A stretch of 33,666 nt of DNA from Macrostomum lignano (Eukaryota): positions 1 through 33,666 of the forward strand of contig NIVC01004842.1 in assembly GCA_002269645.1 (NCBI GenBank). The letters are read 5' to 3'. The translations under genes and the position numbers were made by a program. Shown one piece after another: positions 12,171-22,531 of this stretch. A model generated the notes under the pieces. The model saw only the letters and a list, made by a program, of their open reading frames with translations, searched no databases and was not told where the DNA came from. The stretch's first letter is position 1. The number at the start of each line of letters is the position of its first letter.

Positions 12171-15100
12171 ATGACTGAATTTCAGTTAAATATAGATGAT
12201 ATTATCACTCGTCTATTAGAAGGTAAGATCTACTATTGATTACTTTAATATTTATTGCCCCTGGCCTAAGGCCTAACCTGAAGGCAAAAATGGGTTTATT
12301 ATATAATATATGTTTACTACCTTTTTTAATCATAAAAAGTTTAAAACTTTTTAAATTTTTGTATAATATTATGATTGTTTTACTTTTTAATTTCATATTA
12401 GACTATATTACATGAAAGTAACATTATTGAACTTATTGAAGAAAAGTATAAATATTATATATTTAATTAGCAAAGAATTAGATATTTAATCTATTGCATA
12501 GCTAGATACAGACAACTCATTTTTAGTACATAGGATTTATATAATATTAAATATTATAATTTTTATATTATACTTTATAGCCTATTTTGACGGGTAGATC
12601 AACCAGCATGGAATTCTTGCATCTGGCATATAAAACGGAAAATTGCGACTTTTTTTCGGTGCGCAAATTCCATATTGAACAAAACGCAATTTTATAATCT
12701 TAAACAAAATTTAGTAGTGCAATTTTTAGCATTACCAATTGTCAAAATAATGTTTTGCAATAGTGTTATACTTGCATTTTTTGATGACTCGTTACAATAA
12801 ATATTAAACTGATTATCTTTGTTTTTTAAGTAGAGAATTTTAAATTTGAACAGTTTGTAAATAACAAACTATAAATGTTACCTTTTTGTAGTAATTCTAG
12901 ATTTAATACAGTAAAGTCAGTAATTTATAAATTTAAACTGTGTATAAACAGTCGCAAAATAATTCACAATTTTTGTCGCATTTCTTGCAGCCCGTACAGG
13001 TGCGCAATTTTTTTTTGCGTTGCGCAATTTTTCGCAATTTTTTTCCTGAACGCAAAAACGCGTTGCAATTTTCGTGCAAGAATTCCATCCTGGTAGATCA
13101 AGAATTCTAAAATGACATATGACCAAGATCCTTAATGGAGCAAATTTAAAAAAGTTGCAGACATTCTTGCTAGGCATGCAGGCCCGCCAGGATGGGATTC
13201 TTGCACAAAATTTGTTACATGTTTGTGCGCGCTTGCTTGTTGAAAAGGAGCCAATTTGCCCACTCTTAAAAAAGGTGTGTGCACGCTCCATCGTATGCAC
13301 TTGCAAAGAAGCTGTTTGCTGCAGAATCACAGATAGGATTTGACTTTTACATGTATTTAACATGGTTATATGCCATATAGTATATGCGCACTCAAGTTCT
13401 CCTACTTTTCATAGTCTGGAAAGTTGTTTTTATGCCAAAACTTTTTAAACAAAAGTAAAACAACAAATAATAGTTTTTACCAAAAAAAGTTACTTTAAAG
13501 TTTAGTGAAACTTATAATTTTTAAAGAATATTTTAGTGTTCAAGCTAATTTACACTTAAAGTACAACTTTCTAATTTACATTGGCATAAGAATTGAAAAA
13601 CTAGAAATTTCATTTTTTAGTGCATGGGCCCGCCATGATCTGCATTATGACTTTTTTATAGTTGGCATGCATGCTTGCGCACTGCTCCAAAAATGTGTGC
13701 AAGCGTTTTCCTACCCCTAAGCAAGAATTCCATCCTGGCAGGTGCACAATTGGTTTTAAAAGAGTGCAAATATGCAATCACTCCAATCAGGTGGCAAATC
13801 GTATATATAAATGTATTATAAAACATAAATTTATAAAGCACACAAGATGCCTATATTGTGGATTGTGTTATATGTATGCCAGAAAGTATCTGACTTTCTG
13901 ATAAAGTGTATGCCAATAAAGTATGCCAATTAAGCATTTTAGTAAATTGATGCCAATAAAAATGTGTGATTAACAATCATAAAAACAATGCAACAATCAA
14001 GCTTAGGTGTAGCAAATAATTTACCATAAGAAAAAATAAAATTGAGAACCTATATAACTTGAAAAAAAGAATTAGTAAAATTAAAATGTTAAACTTATTA
14101 TTGATTAAGTTATATTTCTTACTAAAAACTAAAGAAAGTTTTATTATATGTTTAAAAATCTATTTTTTTGTCATGATTTTGCAAATTAACTCTTTATAGC
14201 AAATATTATTTAGTATTATTTATACAATGATGTCATATACTTTAATGCTTTTGTATGTTGCACCGAAAGCTTGAACAAGTATAGTTAAGAATTGTAAGCC
14301 AATGATTGTTTTTGAATATTGTATTTCTTACTTTTATGCCAGATGTTTGCCAGCTAAAGCATTTATATGCTAGGATTTTCTGGCAGATACTACACCTTCC
14401 ACAATATGGCAAAGATGCTAGTTAGTGATGGATCAAAATTATTTTTTGTATTAAAATTGAAATTTTTGTTTTTCTGGAACCAAAATCGAAAATGAAATTG
14501 GATTAGAATTTTTTTAAGTTAAACAAACTTGAATTTTTGCTAATTATGCAAAAAAGTAACAACTTGCATCTGTATTGCATGCACAAGCTTACATGTTTTT
14601 CTAATATCTTTGGTGTTTAAACCTAAATACTTGAAATTACTTGCTTAAAAAACTTACAAAATAGAAAAAGCAGGTGTATGCTCATATTATACATTATACT
14701 TAATAGAAAGTGTATTATCATTCAACACTGTTTGAACTAGAGATCTACATATAGATATATCGATTTCATTAAGTCTTTAAAAGTCTTTAACCAATTAAAT
14801 TCTACAGCCAATGAATTCAGCCAGTGGGCTTCCATGAAGGTTGAGGTGAGTGCAGCACAAAACCTGGAGCAATGTACGTGCCCCGCGCAATCTTTTCTTG
14901 CAGAAAAGGCGATTCTTGCCTCCCCACTGAGTCTTTGAACCACGCTTCCTTTCACTTCCTACAGATTTTCTTACTTGTATAACATGGTCATGAATGCATA
15001 ATTGTTAAAACATAACCAACATTTCAAAATAATTTTTTAAAAGTTGAAATGATGAGTTTCAAAATTCAAAATTGAAATTGAAATTATTTTGATGCAAAAT

Positions 15101-18100
15101 TAAGTTCAAAATTTGGAAAATCGAAATCAAATTTCAATCCATTACTAATGCTTGTGCAGGGGCACAAGGGTGCACTGTTTGTTATATATCTATATACTTA
15201 TACTGATGTTACGTGCATAAGGTGCATAACATCATTAAGTTGCTACACAGGCAATTTTTCACAAGTGCTCCAGATGCTATCCACAAAAACCCCTATTTGC
15301 TCCAATGGGGACCAAGATGGCCACACACCAAGATGGCCACAGCTCTTAATGTCTAAATAGACAATGATAAGCCTAGGTCTATATATTTTACTTATTTCCT
15401 ATTGGTATTAGTTTGTATTGGGCGTAGATCTTCAAGTCTTAAGGAGGTAGATACTATTGTAGAACTATATTACATTATAATCATTCCCTTAGGCATTTTT
15501 TTATTGTAGCCTGACCTATAGATATTTATCTGCTAAATAAAGCAAGTAGCCTAGTACAAAAGAAAATTTTATTGCATATTTATTCTATTTTTTTTGCATA
15601 GCATTACCATTAACAATGGTTTTTTGTTAAACTGATTTGATAAATATAATAATAGGGAATAAATTGGCATAAACACCAAAAAATTATTAAAGTTTTTGTA
15701 TTATTGGTAATTAGTTTCAAATCTATTTTTGTAGCAGTATTTATAAATATGATTGATTAAACCCATTATATAATAATCAATATAACAATAGCTATTAAGT
15801 TGCTAATTAATGGTAGAGAGAAAGTAGATATAATAGAGATTCAATGTTGTGGCCATCTTGGTCTTATGCCTCTAGAATCCATAATGCAAAAAGACAAAGA
15901 TTCATTAGAATTGCCTAATGTATATATTATATACAAAAATTAAAGGTTGTTTGTTATATATTATCATGAATTAAATTTTATCCAAGTCCCATCAAGTAGT
16001 GTTATACATCTATGATTGATACTAATAATAATTTTGTGACATTAATAATATTTACTTGTCAATTATCATATAAATAAAGTTCTAATGAAAGTCATTTAAG
16101 TTTATTGACATAATTTGCTATAATAAAGTTTTATTGAAAAGAAACAATTTTAATCAAATGTGATTTGTTAATTGATAAAAAAATATCATAATAAACATCC
16201 AAAAATATTTTTCATTGTTTGTTATAGAATAGCTTGAATCATAATTTTGTTTTATTCTTCTTTGCTTAAGTAAAATTTTAATGAACCAAATGCACTTTCT
16301 AAAGGTAGGAGAATTGATACTTTTTAATAAAAGAATGCTAATCTATTATAGATTATTACTTTATATTTTTCTGCTATAAAGATAATATTAATATCTAGAT
16401 CTAATATAATATAGTAGGCTCTATTTATATTAATAAAAGTAAAAAAGCTTTGCCAAAATGGGATGCACACTTAAAGAATGCTATTTGAAGTATTTTTTGG
16501 CAATTTTATGCTTAGTGAGTTTTACTAATTTTACTAATATTACTTAATATATATTGTTATACTAATATTATGTCTAAATTTTTATAAGTATTAAATTTTT
16601 AATTAATTTTTATTTTTTGGTTTTCCATTGGGTATTCTAAGATTCTTAAGACATTGATTGGGCTACCATCTTCCCAGATCCTCATACCTGAAGCCACCAT
16701 CTCCCAATCCTCAACCACTGGGCCACAATCTTCCTAGATCCTCAGACTCTGAGCCACATCTCCCCAGATCCTCAGGCACTGCCACTGCCAGCCCCATACA
16801 GCCATAATAACAATCATATTTCCTGCCAGGGCTACAGAAGGCCTCCCTCGCTCTCTATCCATCACAGTGCGCGGCTTCCGCCCTGGCAAGGCAGTTCAGA
16901 TGACTGAGGAGGAGATCCGCGCTCTCTGCCTGCGCAGTCGGGAGATTTTCCTGCAGCAGCCGATCCTGCTGGAGCTGGAAGCCCCGCTGAAGGTATGCGG
17001 CGACATCCACGGCCAGTACACGGACCTGCTGCGCCTGTTTGAGTATGGCGGCTTCCCGCCAGAGAGCAACTACCTGTTCCTCGGAGACTACGTGGATCGC
17101 GGCCACCAATCGCTGGAGACCATCTGCTTGCTGCTGGCCTACAAAGTGAAATTTCCCGAGAATTTTTTCCTACTCCGCGGCAATCACGAGTGCGCCAGCA
17201 TCAACCGGATCTACGGCTTTTATGACGAGTGCAAACGGCGATTCAGCATCCGGCTGTGGAAGACCTTCACAGACTGCTTCAACTGCCTGCCGATTGCTGC
17301 CGTTATTGACGAGAAAATCTTCTGCTGCCACGGCGGCTTGTCGCCCGACCTGCAGAGCCTGGAACAGGTATGCGCTGGCTCTGTGGTTATGCGTCAAATT
17401 ATGCGATTCACGCTCCTGAGGGGCCATCACAGGGCCGCTGTACACCCCGTGTGTGCTCGGGTCATGAAAACGGGCACAGCTGCGTTGCTTTAAAGCTGTC
17501 ATCCAGTCTAATTCAGTTTTTTTAAACTCTTTGCCTACTTTGAGGTTCGTCGCATCATGCGGCCGACAGACGTGCCGGACACGGGGCTGCTGTGCGACCT
17601 GCTCTGGTCCGATCCGGACAAAGACGTCACGGGCTGGGGCGAGAACGACCGGGGCGTCTCGTTCACGTTCGGCGCCGATGTGGTGGCGAAGTTTCTGAAT
17701 AGATTCGACTTGGACCTCATCTGCAGGGCGCACCAGGTGAGCGCTGTTGTCTTCGAGCTGACGGATAGTCTTAGCCACAGATGATAGCTTTGTAGTTCAT
17801 GTGTGAGACAGGCCTTCAGCAATTCCCCCCATGAGCCTTGACATCTCAGTAATTCCCCCCAATGAGCCACAGCATTTCAGCAATTCCCCAATGAGCCACA
17901 ACATCTCAGCAATTCCCTAATGAGCCACAACATCTCAGCAATTCCCCAATGAGCCACAACATCTCAGCAATTCTCCCCATGAGCCACAGCATTTCAGCAA
18001 TTCCCCAATGAGCCACAGCATCTCAGCAATTCCCCAATGAGCCACAGCATCTCAGCAATTCCCCAATGAGCCACAGAATCTCAGCAATTCCCCAATGAGC

Positions 18101-19902
18101 CACAGCATTTCAGCAATTCCCCAATGAGCCACAGCATTTTAGCAATTCCCCAATGAGCCACAGCATCTCAGCAATTCCCCAATGAGCCACAGCATTTCAG
18201 CAATTCCCCAATGAGCCACAGCATTTTAGCAATTCCCCAATGAGCCACAGCATTTCAGCAATTCCCCAATGAGCCACAGCATTTTAGCAATTCCCCAATG
18301 AGCCACAGCATCTCAGCAATTCCCCAATGAGCCACAGCATTTCAGCAATTCCCCCAATGAGCCACATCATCTCAGCAATTCCCCAATGAGCCACAGCATT
18401 TCAACAATTCCCCAATGAGCCACAGAATCTCAGCAATTCCCCAATGAGCCACAGCATTTCAGCAATTCCCCCATGAGCCACAGCATTTCAGCAATTCCCC
18501 AATGAGCCACAGCATTTCAACAATTCCCCAATGAGCCACAGCATTTCAGCAATTCCCCATGAGCCACAGCATTTCAGCAATTCCCCAATGAGCCACAGAA
18601 TCTCAGCAATTCCCCCATAAGCCACAGCATCTTCCATTTTTAATTATCATTTGGATAGTTGATTGATTGCATGCTGTTTTGTCTGTTGCATCACCTGTCA
18701 ATCAAACTTGTTTTGCGCTAAACATGCAGGTAGTGGAAGACGGCTACGAATTCTTTGCTCGCCGCCAGCTCGTCACGCTGTTCTCGGCGCCGAACTACTG
18801 CGGCGAATTTGACAACGCCGGCGGGATGATGAGCATTGATGAGACTCTCATGTGCAGCTTCCAGGTTTGCTCACCTGTGCCTGTGCTCGCTTTAATTGGG
18901 ATTAGTTTGTAGCTTGAGGTCTGGTTGATGAGGATGCTGAGTTCTAGTTAAAGAAGGATGCTCAGTTCTAGTAGATGAAGGATGCTGAGGTCTAGTTGAT
19001 GAAGGATGCTGAGGTCTAGTTGATGAAGGATGCTGAGGTCTAGTTGATGAAGGATGCTGAGGTCTAGTTGATGAGGATGCTGAGGTCTAGTTGATGAAGG
19101 ATGCTGAGGTCTAGTTGATGAAGGATGCTGAGGTCTAGTTGATGAAGGATGCTCAGTTCTAGTTGATGAAGGATGCTCAGTTCTAGTTGATGAAGGATGC
19201 TCAGGTCTAGTTGATGAAGGATGCTCAGTTCTAGTTGATGAAGGATGCTCAGTTCTAGTAGATGAAGTATGCTGAGGTCTAGTTGATGAAGGATGCTGAG
19301 GTCTAGTTGATGAAGTATGCTGAGGTCTAGTTGATGAAGGATGCTGAGGTCTAGTTGATGAAGGATGCTGAGGTCTAGTTGATGAGGATGCTCAGTTCTA
19401 GTTGATGAAGGATGCTCAGTTCTAGTTGATGAGGATGCTGAGGTCTAGTTGATGAAGGATGCTGAGGTCTAGTTGATGAAGGATGCTGAGGTCTAGTTGA
19501 TGAAGGATGCTGAGGTCTAGTTGATGAAGGATGCTCAGTTCTAGTTGATGAAGGATGCTCAGTTCTAGTTGATGAGGATGCTGAGGTCTAGTTGATGAAG
19601 GATGCTGAGGTCTAGTTGATGAGGATGCTGAGGTCTAGTTGATGAAGGATGCTCAGTTCTAGTTGATGAAGGATGCTCAGGTCTAGTTGATGAAGGATGC
19701 TCAGGTCTAGTTGATGAAGGATGCTGAGGTCACATCGATGCAGATGTTGAATTATCAGTAACGGTTACCACTTGAGTTTGAATAGCTAGTCTGCCTCACC
19801 TCGCCACAGATTCTGAAGCCGAGCGAGAAGAAGGCAAAGTACCAATACGGCGGCCTGGCCAACACCATTGCGCCAGTGCAGCAGCAGAGCTCAGCCAGCT
19901 GA
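12171..19902 (+). CDS. PPP1CB: Serine/threonine-protein phosphatase PP1 catalytic subunit, beta-like, 323 aa; exons 12171-12222, 16868-17367, 17545-17736, 18730-18864, 19810-19902
   Basis: PPP signature motifs GDIHG, GDYVDRG, LRGNHE, HGG, RAHQ and SAPNY are all present. Beta-type residues: [31 protein letters not shown]. Exon 1 [18 protein letters not shown]|GTAAGA joins in phase 1 to CACAG|TG CGC. All introns are GT-AG and keep the frame. Confidence 0.95.
12603..13093. mobile_element. 491-bp MITE with 8-bp TSD (hAT-like), in PP1 intron 1
   Basis: 19-bp TIRs CCAGCATGGAATTCTTGCA and TGCAAGAATTCCATCCTGG (one mismatch). Exact TAGATCAA duplication at 12595-12602 and 13094-13101. Subterminal GCGCAATTTT/AAAATTGCG repeats. 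Confidence 0.8.
13187..13738. mobile_element. Second MITE of the same TIR family, older or degraded TSD
   Basis: CCAGGATGGGATTCTTGCAC at 13187 and GCAAGAATTCCATCCTGG ending 13738. Flanks CAGGCCCG and CAGGTGCA match at only 5 of 8 positions. Confidence 0.6.
16662..16790. repeat. Degenerate ~30-bp tandem repeat, about 4 copies, upstream of PP1 exon 2
   Basis: Recurring GCCAC(C)ATCT(T)CCCAGATCCTCA units. Confidence 0.6.
17816..18630. repeat. 29-bp minisatellite (CAGCAATTCCCCAATGAGCCACAGCATTT), about 28 copies, PP1 intron 3
   Basis: Directly visible head-to-tail units. Confidence 0.97.
18925..19732. repeat. 23-24-bp minisatellite (GTCTAGTTGATGAAGGATGCTGAG), about 33 copies, PP1 intron 4
   Basis: Directly visible head-to-tail units. 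Confidence 0.97.
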
Positions 19903-20560
19903 AGCGGCCAGGCGCCTGGAAACTTTGTTTAGGTTGCAATCGGATGCGCTGAAATCCGTTGACTTCTGCCCATTTTTAATGCACGGCTTTGCCTTACCTG
20001 GTTAGACAAGAGAGTTGCTTATTACATCAATTTTTGAGTTGATTGTGTTGTAACCGCTAAAACTGATATAGAATCTGAATTGGATTACGAGTAACCGCTA
20101 GCAAGTATTGCTTGTTTTGCTGCGCTTCACAGTTCTTTGCCTTGCTGAAAACCTAGCCGCGTTATATTTTAATTAACAATTCTGTACTTCCCTATATTTG
20201 TCAGTTAACCTTATAAATAGCTGATTTGTGGTGAAGCTGCATAACATTCACTGAATTTGCTATTTGAATTTAGCACATAAATAGTTTATCTTACTAACGC
20301 TTTTACTCACTAAGCTTAGCTCGTAACCCGTTTTACCACGTCGCCTTGTGCCGCACCTCGTATGCAACTATGCGTATCTGTTATATAATAAACGAATACT
20401 CTGTTTTAAACTTCCTTAGTGTTATTGATTTTATTATATAAAGGAATGTTGCCGCAGTTCAATGCTGAGCGCTCAGAAAAAGTACGGATTTTCATGGAAA
20501 CCAACTTCAATTAGATTCTTTTCTAGAACTATATTAGCTGACGGCTCTTTTCGAGTCACT

Positions 20561-20750
20561 TGACCTTGGAATTCCCATCGACTCATTTCATTGGCTGGCA
20601 GTTTAATTAGACCTTGGGGACTCCCATCGACTCATTTCATTGGCTGGCAGCTTAATTTGACCTTGGGCTCCCTTCAACTCGTTTTATTGGCTGGCAGCTC
20701 TATTTGACCTTGGGTGCAACCTCAGTTTTATGGCTAGTAGCTATTTTTAG
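20561..20750. repeat. 47-49-bp tandem repeat, about 4 copies with decreasing identity
   Basis: GACCTTGG recurs at 20562, 20610, 20659 and 20706, each followed by an ATTGGCTGGCAG-like block. Confidence 0.8.
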
Positions 20751-20888
20751 TTGTAGCACTTGTGCCAGCATCTTGAACATTAGTATTAAAAAAGAATCAA
20801 TACTTCAGATATTTTCGGAACTTTCAGACGTGTTTATAAAGTGAGAATTTCGTAAATGTTTGGTTCAAAGGTGTTTTTCACGGGTTTC

Positions 20889-20933
20889 ACAATTCACGGG
20901 TTGTATTTGGTTCAAATACAACCCTTGAATTGT
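20889..20933. other. Near-perfect hairpin: 21-bp stem with one mismatch, 3-nt loop
   Basis: ACAATTCACGGGTTGTATTTG-GTT-CAAATACAACCCTTGAATTGT. Confidence 0.8.
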
Positions 20934-22531
20934 TTTGATTAATACAAACTTAACGATGGTTTTCACAGTTTAATTCATATCTGCTTGCTAAGCCTGCACA
21001 TGGCTGCAGTCTGTGCTAACCAGTGCTGGACCTGCCACCTTTATTTGTACTTTTATTGCACCCTGCATGATTAGCTTTGAAATAGCTTTTCAATCCTCAG
21101 CCGCTCGCCGCAAATCTGCTTGCATGCTACTGTGAATAGTAATATGAAATATTTATTGTATATGCATAGGCCTGTTTGTATCTGAGTATTATTATTCAGC
21201 TATTTACATTTGTGAATTTTATATAATTACTATATTCTTAATAATAAACTAAAATAAAGCAGATAAAAGAGCCACTTTGCTATGCTGCCAACCAGAGAAA
21301 AATGCCACCCGGTTCGGCTTTGATCCTCATTTTCTTGCTGTTTGGTCATAACCATGGAGTCTGTCCTGCCGTCCCTCGGGGGGGGGGGGCGAGATTAATA
21401 AAATATAAGGTTTGCATAAGCGTTCGGGCGCGTTTTGGCTACTATCAGTAGCACAATTTTTTAATTCAGAGAGAAATTGCTATATCAAGCCCGTATTTTA
21501 TTTGTTTAGTAAAAAAACAGACAGGTATGCAGTTCGTAGGAGTTATAGAAATTGCAGCTTGAGTACATTCGGGGAAAGGGGAGACATGCATCTGTACATT
21601 CCGTGTATATGCTAATATTAAATAAAGTACAGCATGCAACTTCTGTAGAGAATTCTCCTATTTTTCCATCTAAAGTTGTCATGACAAAGTTATTGGAAAG
21701 AGAAAATTACAGAAAAATAGAAAACTGATATGCGACTATAGAGCGTAAAAGTATCAATCCGAGAAGTGTAAAGCCGGCAGATAGACTTGTGTATGTAGGT
21801 TGAATATTGGAATGCATGGCGAACGCTATATGTACAGTTGGACAAAAACTACTGTCGAAATGGAATGAATATTAACAACGGAGACTCCACAGATACAGGC
21901 AGTTAAAATTATATTGATAATCAACGAATCCAAATACATAATATTAAGTGCAACATCACTACTGTTTACTGCCCTGCCGAAATTTAAACAACCAAACCAG
22001 TTGAATGTACATGTAGGTCATCACTCAAGCAATTTAAGTATCTCACTTCAGTACAAAAATCGGTCTGATTAGAAGCAGCTGTCACGTGACTGCCCCTGCG
22101 CTATTATATAGCAATCGACTGAATGCATGCGTGTTGTTGCCAGTAGTAACGACCGGGTGATTCCCAAGGTCACCCTCTCTCCTGCTTCTGGCTAGGCTAA
22201 GGAATGTACATTATCGATATCTACGTGTATCGGGCTATCCCGAGTGTACATTGATAAGAATGATTAATCTATTTAGCCAGCCCACTCTCTAATTGCCTTC
22301 CCACCAGAAGAACACCCACTATAATACATCGCCCGTTGAGGGGTATCCCGATAAAAGCACCACTGGACGGCGGGCTGTCTTAATTAAGGCGTTTTTATTG
22401 GGAGACTCGACAAAAATTACCGCCAAAATTTAGGTTAGGCCAGGGTTAGGTCGTCGCCAGGGTTACCGCTGTGGCATGGCTACTAAGCACTTGGACACAA
22501 TCTAAGGTACTTTTCAGCAATCTCAGATGAG

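Noticed and set aside
15310-15863. MITE bounded by GACCAAGATGGCCACA inverted repeats
   Set aside because: The 16-bp inverted match is real, but I found no target-site duplication or defined ends.
22431-22470. Interstitial telomeric repeat
   Set aside because: Only scattered GGGTTA/TTAGG words, not a tandem TTAGGG array.
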